64,000 nucleotides of DNA from Betaproteobacteria bacterium (GTDB taxonomy: Bacteria > Pseudomonadota > Gammaproteobacteria > Burkholderiales > SG8-39), in NCBI GenBank assembly GCA_031394435.1, contig JANNTQ010000081.1:186-64185 (forward strand), in the 5' to 3' direction. The notes beneath the pieces are model-generated. The model was not told where the DNA came from. It did no database searches and saw only the letters and a program-made list of their open reading frames with translations. This document shows positions 7,330 to 14,794 of this stretch, piece by piece. A program made the position numbers and the translations under genes. Each line of letters opens with the position of its first letter. Positions within the stretch are counted from its first letter, which is position 1.

Positions 7330-8118
7330 GTGCAGGCCGTCCTTCTCGCCGTTCCCCTGCTGCTGTTCGCCGGCGACGCCCTCGCCTGGGGACTGCAGAC
7401 GCACCTCTACTTCGCGCAGCAAGTCCTGTTCGCGGTCCCGCTGCTGGATCCGGAGATCCGCCGCGCGGCACTGAGGTTACCCCGCCTGGTGCTGGCCGGC
7501 GCCTGCCTGCCCGACATTTCGCTCGTCGGCAGCGTGCTGGGCATTCGCCTGTTCCGCAGCACGCACCAGTGGGCGACGCTGCGCAGGCTCGCCGCCGCCA
7601 ATTGTGACGAGGAGCGTGCTGTGGCGCTGGGCTATGCCAGCCACCTGATGTCCGACGTAATGGCGCACAACTGCTTTGTGCCCGAGCACGAGCGGCGCGT
7701 AGCCGACGTGGCGTACGCGACGCATGCGCTGTGCGAATGGGCGATGGACGACTACCTCAAGCCCTGGGTGTGCGCCGTGCCTGGTGAACTGCTGGCGGCG
7801 GAACGCAGGCCGCTGGCGCAGATCGTCGCGCGGCGCTGGCACTGCAGCGAGCCGCTGGCGCTGCGCGCCATCGACTGGCTTTCCGGCGCCGACCGCCTGC
7901 TGCGCGCTGCGCGCATGCCGCGCATTTGTGGCGCCCTGCTGCGATTCGTCGATCAGCGCCTCGCGCCGAGATTCGACGCCTACGTACGCGACACCTCGAC
8001 ACTGCTGGTCCAGGTGGGCGCGGTTCTGGAGGGCCGCCAGCCCGTGGCGCAGGCCGAGCCGAAACGTCCTTCCGCCTTCTGGCGCACGGGCAAGCTGTTG
8101 CCCCAGCCGCCACTTTGA
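7330..8118 (+). CDS. Secreted zinc-dependent phospholipase C / S1-P1 nuclease superfamily protein
   Basis: 262-aa ORF with a GTG start. The signal peptide ends ..GDALA|WGLQTH, so the mature protein would begin with Trp as in Zn-PLC and P1 nuclease. Metal motif ..GYASHLMSDVMAH... Confidence 0.7.
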   Translation: MQAVLLAVPLLLFAGDALAWGLQTHLYFAQQVLFAVPLLDPEIRRAALRLPRLVLAGACLPDISLVGSVLGIRLFRSTHQWATLRRLAAANCDEERAVALGYASHLMSDVMAHNCFVPEHERRVADVAYATHALCEWAMDDYLKPWVCAVPGELLAAERRPLAQIVARRWHCSEPLALRAIDWLSGADRLLRAARMPRICGALLRFVDQRLAPRFDAYVRDTSTLLVQVGAVLEGRQPVAQAEPKRPSAFWRTGKLLPQPPL

Positions 8119-8819
8119 ACTGCGGTCCTCGCAGCCTGCGCCGCGTCCCGGCGGCCCAGGCGGTGGGTGGCAATGGCGCCGCAGCAGCGGATTTCCAGCG
8201 TCAGCGAAGGCAAGCCTGCGATCATGCACAGGGACTGCCACAGATTCATGTCGCCGAGATAGGCAGCCTCGATGCACCGCCTGCCGGCGCGATCGCGGTA
8301 ATCGAGCGCGAGCGCCCGCACGGGATGGCCGCCCGCCACTGCGGCCTGGAACAGCGCGGGCCGAAACGGCAGCAGCTGCACGCCGTCCGTGGTGGTCCCT
8401 TCTGGAAACATGGCGACGGACTCGCCTCGCGCGAGCCGTAGCGAGATGTCTGCGTTGACTAGCAGCAAGGCGCGGCAGGCGCGGCGCTCGACGAACAGTG
8501 TTTCATTGCGCGCCAGCATGCGACCGAGCAGGGGCCACCGGTGCGCCTCGGCCTTGGCGACGATCGCCGCGGGGAGCAGCGCATGCAGTGCGACGGCATC
8601 GAGCCAAGACACGTGATTGGCGACCACCAAGCTGCCGGGCGCAATTCGCAGCGCGCCGCACTCGAGCCGCACGCCGAGCATGCGTAGCAGGTCGCGCGCC
8701 CAGGCGCGGCGCACGGCCAGGCGCGCTTGCGGTCCTAGCAGCGGATAAAGCCATGCGCTCAGCGCGCAACCGGCCGCCAGGTGCAGGCCCACGCGCGACA
8801 GGCGCAGGGTCCGCCTCAC
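7980..8819 (-). CDS. Lysophospholipid (PlsC-family) acyltransferase; OlsA candidate
   Basis: NHVSWLD (HX4D) and FPEGTT motifs. The start overlaps the PAP2 stop. The C-terminal ~46 codons overlap the convergent gene at 7330-8118. Confidence 0.8.
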   Translation of the reverse strand: MRRTLRLSRVGLHLAAGCALSAWLYPLLGPQARLAVRRAWARDLLRMLGVRLECGALRIAPGSLVVANHVSWLDAVALHALLPAAIVAKAEAHRWPLLGRMLARNETLFVERRACRALLLVNADISLRLARGESVAMFPEGTTTDGVQLLPFRPALFQAAVAGGHPVRALALDYRDRAGRRCIEAAYLGDMNLWQSLCMIAGLPSLTLEIRCCGAIATHRLGRRDAAQAARTAVQSGGWGNSLPVRQKAEGRFGSACATGWRPSRTAPTWTSSVEVSRT

Positions 8820-9349
8820 GCAATGGCGATCGAGGCCGTGGCCACCGCGGCGCCGATCAGCGCCCCGGCCAGCACGTCGCTCGGGTAGTGCAGGCCCAGC
8901 ACCACGCGCGAGGCCGCGGTGAGCAGCGCGAAGGGCAGCAGCAGTGGCGCGAGCGATGGCCAGTAGTCGAGGGCGACCAGGGTAAACCCCACGGCGTGCA
9001 GCGTATGACCCGAGGGAAAACTGAATGCATCCAGCGGCGCGGTGCCGGCTGCCACGCGCGGCAGCGCCTGGTAGGGGCGCGGGCGCAGAGTGCTTCTCTT
9101 CAGCATCTTGTAGGCCGCGGTGCAGACCACGCCGACGAACAGCATGTGCAGCACCGGCAGTGCCGCCTCGCGCGGCTGGCGCAGCAGCAGCGCGAGCATC
9201 AGTGCGTACCAGAAGATGCCGTTGCCGAGCCAGCTGACCAGTTGCGCGACCTGCAGCAGCGGGCGGTAATGCAGCCAGCGGTTGGAACGCTGGCAGACGC
9301 GCTCGTCCCAGCGCTGCAGACGCTCGAGCGCACCTTCAAGCCGCGGCAT
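8816..9349 (-). CDS. PAP2-family phosphatase (phosphatidic acid phosphatase type 2-like)
   Basis: 177-aa membrane ORF with the tripartite PAP2 motif Kx6RP (KRSTLRPRP), PSGH (FPSGHT) and SRx5Hx3D (SRVVLGLHYPSD). Confidence 0.85.
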   Translation of the reverse strand: MPRLEGALERLQRWDERVCQRSNRWLHYRPLLQVAQLVSWLGNGIFWYALMLALLLRQPREAALPVLHMLFVGVVCTAAYKMLKRSTLRPRPYQALPRVAAGTAPLDAFSFPSGHTLHAVGFTLVALDYWPSLAPLLLPFALLTAASRVVLGLHYPSDVLAGALIGAAVATASIAIA

Positions 9350-10505
9350 GCGCCGCCTCCCGGCGCACGGAAGAGGGCTGCGCTGCGCCGAGCAGCACCG
9401 CTTCGAAATCGGCGGTGATGCACTCCCAGCTGACCGGTTCGGCAGCAGCGCGCGCGGCGCGGCCGAGTTCGCGCGCTAGCGCGGGCTCGCGCGCCAGCCG
9501 CTCGGCCTGGGCGATGAAGCCGGCGTGGTCGCCAGGTTCCGCGAGCAGCCCGGAGCGCCCGTGCTCGAGGTGCTGGCGCGCTGCAGCGTAGCGGTAGGCG
9601 ACGATGGCAAGTCCGCTCGCCGCCGCTTCCAGCGTGACATTGCCGAAGGTCTCGGTGACGCTGGGAAACAGAAACACGTCCGCCGAGGCGTAGTGCGCCG
9701 AGAGTTCGCCGTTCACCAGCCGGCCGGCGATCACGCTGCCGGTATCGGCATTGCGCAACTCTGCTAGCAGCGGTCCGTCGCCGACCAGCACCAGCCGCGT
9801 GGCGGGATTGAGGTGGCGCATCGCCTCGTAGGCCTCGATCACCAGCGGGAAGTTCTTCTCCGGCGCGAATCGGCTGACGCACAAGGCCACCAGGTCCCGT
9901 TCGCCGGCGCCCCATTGCGCGCGCAGCTCCGCGCGGCGCTTTGCCGGGGAGAAGGTCTGCGCATTGACCCCGCGTCCCACGACGCGCAGGCGCTCGAAGC
10001 CCAGGCGCGCCAGTGCTTCGGCCATCTCGCCGGTGGGCACCATGGTGCAGTCGCAGCGGTTGTGAAAGCGGCGCAGCACCGCGGCCACCGGGCGTGCCAG
10101 CCAGGCGAGGCCGTAGTGCCGGCTGTAGGCATGAAAATTGGTGTGGAAATCGCTCGCCACCGGCAAGCCGAGCTTGCGCGCGGCGGCGATCGCCGACCAG
10201 CCGAGGGGGCCTTCGGTGGCGACGTGGACCACGTCGGGACGCTGATCGCCCCATGCGCGCAGCAGCGCGCGCCGCGACGGCAACCCCATCTTCAACTGCG
10301 TGTAGCGCGGTATGGGAATACCGGGGCGCAGCAGTTCTTGATAGTTCGCGCCGGTGCGGGCCGCCGTGTCACTGCGGTTCTGGCGCGGTCGCACCAGCTG
10401 GATCGAATGGCCGAGTGCGCGCAGACCGTCGGCCATCAGCGCGACGGTGCGCGCCACGCCGTTGACCTCCGGCGGGTAGGTCTCGGTCACCATGGCGATG
10501 TGCAT
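9336..10505 (-). CDS. GT4-family glycosyltransferase (SqdX / DAG-glycosyltransferase-like)
   Basis: 389 aa from MHIAMVTETYPPEVNGVARTV.., a typical GT4 N-terminus. C-terminal ..FPSVTETFGNVTLEAAASG.. (EX7E region). An alternative start exists at 10532. Confidence 0.85.
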   Translation of the reverse strand: MHIAMVTETYPPEVNGVARTVALMADGLRALGHSIQLVRPRQNRSDTAARTGANYQELLRPGIPIPRYTQLKMGLPSRRALLRAWGDQRPDVVHVATEGPLGWSAIAAARKLGLPVASDFHTNFHAYSRHYGLAWLARPVAAVLRRFHNRCDCTMVPTGEMAEALARLGFERLRVVGRGVNAQTFSPAKRRAELRAQWGAGERDLVALCVSRFAPEKNFPLVIEAYEAMRHLNPATRLVLVGDGPLLAELRNADTGSVIAGRLVNGELSAHYASADVFLFPSVTETFGNVTLEAAASGLAIVAYRYAAARQHLEHGRSGLLAEPGDHAGFIAQAERLAREPALARELGRAARAAAEPVSWECITADFEAVLLGAAQPSSVRREAAHAAA

Positions 10506-10514
10506 GCGGCGCGC

Positions 10515-10570
10515 AGTCTGCGTGCCGCGCATGAATTTTCGATGAAGCTTTTGTGAGCTTTCGGTTACAG
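10515..10570 (-). promoter_or_regulatory. Pho-box-like array plus -10-like hexamer upstream of the GT4 gene
   Basis: Minus strand: CTGTAAC-N4-AGCTCAC-N4-GCTTCAT-N4-AATTCAT, then 10 bp, then CAGACT, then 9 nt before the ATG at 10505. The first heptamer contains the dgkA stop codon. Confidence 0.55.
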
Positions 10571-10978
10571 CCGGGGGAGCAGGACCAGCAGCCAGACCAC
10601 CGCGACGCTCACAAGAGACATCATCACTGCGGCGCTGCCGAGGTCCTTGGCGCGCTTGGCGAGGCGATGGTCCTCGAGTGAGACGCGGTCCACTGTCGCC
10701 TCGACTGCGGAATTGAGCAGCTCGACCACCAGCACCAGCAGCACGCTGCCCACCAGCAGGGCGCGCTCGAGGCCGTCGTTGCCCAGCCACAGCCCGAGCG
10801 GCACCATAGCAGCAGCAAGCAACAGTTCCTGGCGAAACGCATCCTCGTGGCGCGCCGCGGCGGCAAAGCCCTCGAACGAATAGCGCGCCGCGTTGATCAG
10901 GCGCTGCAGGCCGGTCTTGCCCTTGAAGGGACTCTCGCCATTCATCGCGCGGCGGAATGTAGCACGCACTGCTGTCAT
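10565..10978 (-). CDS. dgkA: Diacylglycerol kinase
   Basis: 137-aa 3-TM ORF, ..RYSFEGFAAAARHEDAFRQE..ELLNSAVEATVDRVSLEDHRLAKRAKDLGSAAV... Confidence 0.9.
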   Translation of the reverse strand: MTAVRATFRRAMNGESPFKGKTGLQRLINAARYSFEGFAAAARHEDAFRQELLLAAAMVPLGLWLGNDGLERALLVGSVLLVLVVELLNSAVEATVDRVSLEDHRLAKRAKDLGSAAVMMSLVSVAVVWLLVLLPRL

Positions 10979-11027
10979 CGAGATTTCACCGTCGCGTCAC
11001 TCCGGCGTCATGCGATCCGCCTAGATT
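10972..11027 (+). promoter_or_regulatory. Pho-box-like array plus -10 hexamer upstream of olsB
   Basis: CTGTCAT-N4-ATTTCAC-N4-GCGTCAC-N4-GCGTCAT (heptamers end at 10978, 10989, 11000, 11011). Then 10 bp, then TAGATT (11022-11027). The first heptamer contains the dgkA start codon on the other strand. Confidence 0.6.
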
Positions 11028-11060
11028 GCGCCCCGTTCGAGCAACCGAAAGGGCGCGAGC

Positions 11061-11831
11061 ATGGAGCACATCGACGAGCTGCTGGTGCAGCACCCGGGCA
11101 CCGAGGCGCGCGCGCGGCGCCGTCTTTCCGTGGGTTTCGCGCGTTCGCCCCAGTTGCTGCGCGCCGCGCAGGCGCTGCGCTGGCGGGTGTTCGTCGACGA
11201 GCTTGGCGCACGGCTCGAGTCGCGCGAGCCGGGCATCGATCAGGACATTTTCGACGCCCATTGCGAGCACCTCGTGGCGCGGGATGACGACACAGGCGAG
11301 GTGGTCGGCACCTACCGGCTGCTGCCGCCGGCAGCAGCCCGGCGTGTAGGCAGCTACTACGCGGAGACCGAGTTCGACCTGACGCGGCTATGGCTATTGC
11401 GCGCACGCATGGTGGAAGTGGGGCGCTCGTGCATCCACCCGGACTACCGCAACGGCGCAGCGATCGGCCTGCTGTGGGCGGGCCTTACCCGCTACATGCT
11501 GGCGCAGGGGCACGAATACCTAGCGGGCTGCGCTTCGATGGGCATGGCGGACGGCGGCCATGCCGCGGCGTCTGTCTACGCACGCCTCGGCGAGCGCTGC
11601 CATGCGCCGATCGAATACCGCGTGTTTCCGCGTTGCCCGCTGCCGCTGGATCGCCTGGACGCCGGCGCGGGCGGCGCGCTGCCCGCGCTGATCAAGGCCT
11701 ACCTGCGCGCCGGCGCCTGGATCTGCGGCGAGCCGGCCTGGGACCCGGACTTCAACACCGCCGACTTCTTCGTCCTGCTGCCGCTGGCCAACGTCGCGCC
11801 GCGCTACACGCGGCACTACCTCAAAAAATAG
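11061..11831 (+). CDS. olsB: Ornithine-acyl-ACP N-acyltransferase (GNAT, OlsB family)
   Basis: 256 aa. AQALRWRVFVDELGA.., ..VVGTYRLL.., ..EVGRSCIHPDYRNG.., ..LPALIKAYLRAGAW..FNTADFFVLL follow the OlsB/Acetyltransf_5 pattern. Confidence 0.8.
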   Translation: MEHIDELLVQHPGTEARARRRLSVGFARSPQLLRAAQALRWRVFVDELGARLESREPGIDQDIFDAHCEHLVARDDDTGEVVGTYRLLPPAAARRVGSYYAETEFDLTRLWLLRARMVEVGRSCIHPDYRNGAAIGLLWAGLTRYMLAQGHEYLAGCASMGMADGGHAAASVYARLGERCHAPIEYRVFPRCPLPLDRLDAGAGGALPALIKAYLRAGAWICGEPAWDPDFNTADFFVLLPLANVAPRYTRHYLKK

Positions 11832-11847
11832 GGTCCGTCCCCTTTTT

Positions 11848-13929
11848 CTACGACGGAGTTGCGAGGGTGAAGAGCAGTTCTTCCTGCGCCGAGCGGCGCC
11901 GGCCGCGGCGCGGCTTGACGCGCGCGTAGCTGCCGTCGGCGTCCATCGCCCAGGCCTGGCAGTTGTCGTCGAGGTAGGGCTGCAGGCCTTCGCGCACCAC
12001 GCGGCGCTTCAACGCCGGGTCGAGCACCGGAAAGCACAACTCGATGCGGCGGAAGAAGTTGCGCCCCATCCAGTCCGCGCTCGCCAGGTAGACGTCCTCG
12101 GCGCCGGCATTGTGGAAGTAGAACACCCGCGAGTGCTCGAGGAAGCGCCCGATCACCGAGCGCACGCGGATATTCTCCGACAGGCCCTCGATGCCCGGCC
12201 GCAGCGCGCACACGCCGCGCACGATGAGGTCGACCTTCACGCCAGCCTGCGATGCCAGGTACAGCTCGTCGATCGCCTGCGAGTCGAGCAGCGAGTTCAT
12301 CTTGGCGATGATGCGCGCCGGCTGGCCGTCGCGCGCCAGGCGAGCCTCGTTCTGGATCGCGGCGAGCATCCGCTTGTGCAGCGTGAAGGGCGACTGCCAG
12401 AGGTGCTTCATCTTGCCGGCACGCCCCAGGCCGGTGAGCTGCTTGAACACCTCGGCCACGTCGGCGCACAGGTCTTCGTTGGAAGTGATCAGGCCGAAGT
12501 CCGTATACAGGCGGGCGGTTCGCGGGTGGTAGTTGCCCGTGGCCAGATGCACGTAGCGCCGCAGCACCTTGCCGGACTCGGCGTCTTCACGGCGCACGAT
12601 CAACGCCATCTTGGCGTGCGTCTTGTGGCCGACCACGCCGTAGACCACGTGCGCGCCCACCTCCTCCAGACGCGCCGCCCAGTTGAGGTTGGCTTCCTCG
12701 TCAAAGCGCGCCATCAGCTCCACCACCACGGTCACTTCCTTGCCGCGGCGCGCCGCATCCACCAGGATCTCCATCAGCTCCGAATCGGTGCCGGTGCGGT
12801 ACACCGTCTGCTTGATCGCGATTACGTTCGGGTCCGCCGCGGAGGTGCGGATGAAGTCGATCACCGGCTTGAACGACTGGTAAGGGTGATGCAGCAGCAC
12901 GTCCTGCTTCTTCAGCAGATCGAACAGGTCACTTTGCTCCACCAGCGGCGCCGGCAGTCCGGGCTGGAACGGCGGGAACTTGAGGTTGGGCCCGTCCACG
13001 CGGTCGGGGACCTCGCGCAGGCGAACCAGGTTGACCGGGCCCTCGACCCGGTACAGATCCTCGTCGCGCAGGCCGAACTGCTGCAACAGGAAGTCGACCA
13101 TCGGCTGCGAGCAGTTGTCGGCCACCTCCAGCCGCACCGCGTCGCCGAAATGGCGGTGCAGCAGTTCGCCTTTTAACGCGGTGTGCAGGTTCTTGATTTC
13201 CTCCTCGTCCACGAACAGGTCGGAATTGCGCGTGACGCGAAACTGGTAGCAGCCAAGCACTTTCATGCCGGCGAACAGCTCGTCGACGTGAGCGTGCAGG
13301 ATCGAGGACAGAAAGACGAAGCAGTGGTGCGCGCCGCCGATACCGTGCGGCAGGCGGATGACGCGCGGCAGGGCGCGCGGCGCCTGCACGATCGCCGCGC
13401 CCGAGTTGCGTCCGAAAGCGTCGCGGCCGACCAGTTCCACCGCGAGGTTCAGACTCTTGTTGAGCACCTTGGGAAACGGGTGCGCCGGGTCCAGGCCGAT
13501 CGGCGTCAGCACCGGCAGCAGCTCGCGGAAGAAGTAGTCGCGGATCCACTGTTTCTGCGCCGCGGTCCACTGCTCGCGCCGCGGGAACAGGATGCCCGCG
13601 TCGGCCAGCGCCGGCAGCACAACATCATTGAGCAGCCGGTACTGCTCGGCCACGATGGCGCGCGCTTCACGGCTCACGGCCTCGAACACCTCCAGCGGCC
13701 CCTTGCCGTCGGGGCCGGGTTCGGGCAGGTTGAGCTTGATCTGCTCCTTCAGGCCGGCGACGCGGATCTCGAAGAATTCGTCGAGATTGCCCGAAACGAT
13801 GGTGAGGAAGCGCAGGCGCTCGAGCAGCGGCACAGAGTCATCCGCGGCCTGTGCGAGCACGCGCCGGTTGAACTCGAGCAGGCCGAGTTCGCGGTTCAGG
13901 TAGTGCGCTGCGGGCAGGTCTCTTTTCAT
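11848..13929 (-). CDS. ppk1: Polyphosphate kinase 1
   Basis: 693-aa ORF, YLNRELGLLEFNRRVL.. N-terminus and full-length PPK1 architecture. Confidence 0.95.
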   Translation of the reverse strand: MKRDLPAAHYLNRELGLLEFNRRVLAQAADDSVPLLERLRFLTIVSGNLDEFFEIRVAGLKEQIKLNLPEPGPDGKGPLEVFEAVSREARAIVAEQYRLLNDVVLPALADAGILFPRREQWTAAQKQWIRDYFFRELLPVLTPIGLDPAHPFPKVLNKSLNLAVELVGRDAFGRNSGAAIVQAPRALPRVIRLPHGIGGAHHCFVFLSSILHAHVDELFAGMKVLGCYQFRVTRNSDLFVDEEEIKNLHTALKGELLHRHFGDAVRLEVADNCSQPMVDFLLQQFGLRDEDLYRVEGPVNLVRLREVPDRVDGPNLKFPPFQPGLPAPLVEQSDLFDLLKKQDVLLHHPYQSFKPVIDFIRTSAADPNVIAIKQTVYRTGTDSELMEILVDAARRGKEVTVVVELMARFDEEANLNWAARLEEVGAHVVYGVVGHKTHAKMALIVRREDAESGKVLRRYVHLATGNYHPRTARLYTDFGLITSNEDLCADVAEVFKQLTGLGRAGKMKHLWQSPFTLHKRMLAAIQNEARLARDGQPARIIAKMNSLLDSQAIDELYLASQAGVKVDLIVRGVCALRPGIEGLSENIRVRSVIGRFLEHSRVFYFHNAGAEDVYLASADWMGRNFFRRIELCFPVLDPALKRRVVREGLQPYLDDNCQAWAMDADGSYARVKPRRGRRRSAQEELLFTLATPS

Positions 13930-13967
13930 CGCGGGAGGCCGCAGGGACGCGGCTCGCGGAGGGGCGC

Positions 13968-14012
13968 ATCCTACGCCATTGGAATGACAATATGGTTACA
14001 GACAGGTTACAT
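13968..14012 (-). promoter_or_regulatory. Pho-box-like array plus -10 hexamer upstream of ppk1
   Basis: Minus strand: ATGTAAC-N4-CTGTAAC-N4-TTGTCAT (14012-13984), then 10 bp, then TAGGAT (13973-13968). Confidence 0.6.
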
Positions 14013-14020
14013 GCAGCGCT

Positions 14021-14054
14021 GCGCAACCGGACTGTCACATTCGCAAGCTAGGCT
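14021..14054 (+). promoter_or_regulatory. Weaker Pho-box-like element upstream of phoU
   Basis: GCGCAAC-N4-CTGTCAC (14032-14038), then 10 bp, then TAGGCT (14049-14054). Only one heptamer is a good match. Confidence 0.3.
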
Positions 14055-14063
14055 GTGGGCCGC

Positions 14064-14777
14064 ATGTCCACGCCGCAGCCGCCCCATACCTCGAAGGACT
14101 ACGACCAGCAACTCGCACAGGCGCATGCGCTGGTGCTGCAAATGGGCGCGCGCGTCGAGCGCCAGGTTGTGGATGCCATCGAATGCCTGGCCTCGGGGTC
14201 GGTCGCGCTCATCAACTGGGTGCTGCGCCATGAGGTCGTGATCAACGCGATGGAACTTTCCATCGACGAACTCGCGTGCCAGATCATCGCGCGCCGCCAG
14301 CCCGCGGCCAACGACCTGCGCCTGCTGACCGCCGTGCTGAAGGCGACGACCGATCTGGAGCGCGTCGGGGACGAAGCGAAGAAGATCGCGCTGCAGGCGC
14401 GCAAGGCGCGGGCCGATGGCGGCTCGCGACTGCCGCGCCAGGCCGAAGTGCGGCGCATGGCGCAGCTCGCGCTCGGCATGCTGCGGCGTGCGCTCAGCGC
14501 ATTCGAGCGGCTCGATCTCGAAGGCACCGCCGAAGTCGTACGCCGCGACGCGGAAGTGAACGACGCGTTTCTCGTCATCCTGCGCCAGCTGGTCACCAGC
14601 ATGGTCGAGGACCCGCGCAGCATCTCCGTCAACCTCGAATTGCTGTTCGTCGCCAAGGCGCTCGAGCGCATCGGCGACCACGCCAAGAACATCGCCCAGC
14701 ACGCCATCTATGCGGTGAAGGGCGCCGATATGCGCCACGCCTCGGTGGCCGAGATCGAGCAGGAACTGCGCGGCTAG
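14064..14777 (+). CDS. phoU: Phosphate signalling complex protein PhoU (stand-alone, not next to pst genes)
   Basis: 237 aa from the ATG at 14064 (the track ORF starts at GTG 14055). Two PhoU repeats with ..DLERVGDEAKKIA.. and ..ALERIGDHAKNIA... Confidence 0.9.
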   Translation: MSTPQPPHTSKDYDQQLAQAHALVLQMGARVERQVVDAIECLASGSVALINWVLRHEVVINAMELSIDELACQIIARRQPAANDLRLLTAVLKATTDLERVGDEAKKIALQARKARADGGSRLPRQAEVRRMAQLALGMLRRALSAFERLDLEGTAEVVRRDAEVNDAFLVILRQLVTSMVEDPRSISVNLELLFVAKALERIGDHAKNIAQHAIYAVKGADMRHASVAEIEQELRG

Positions 14778-14794
14778 GCTATTCTGGCCGCAAC

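Noticed and set aside
11823-11842. A 13-nt identity (AAAAAATAGGGTC) between the olsB/ppk1 convergent junction and the orn/RidA junction (complement of 61888-61900) suggested a shared repeat element.
   Set aside because: In both places the match is Lys-Lys-stop (AAA AAA TAG) plus 4 nt. Identity falls off immediately, and only the 61.9-kb copy forms a convincing hairpin. It is most likely coincidence.
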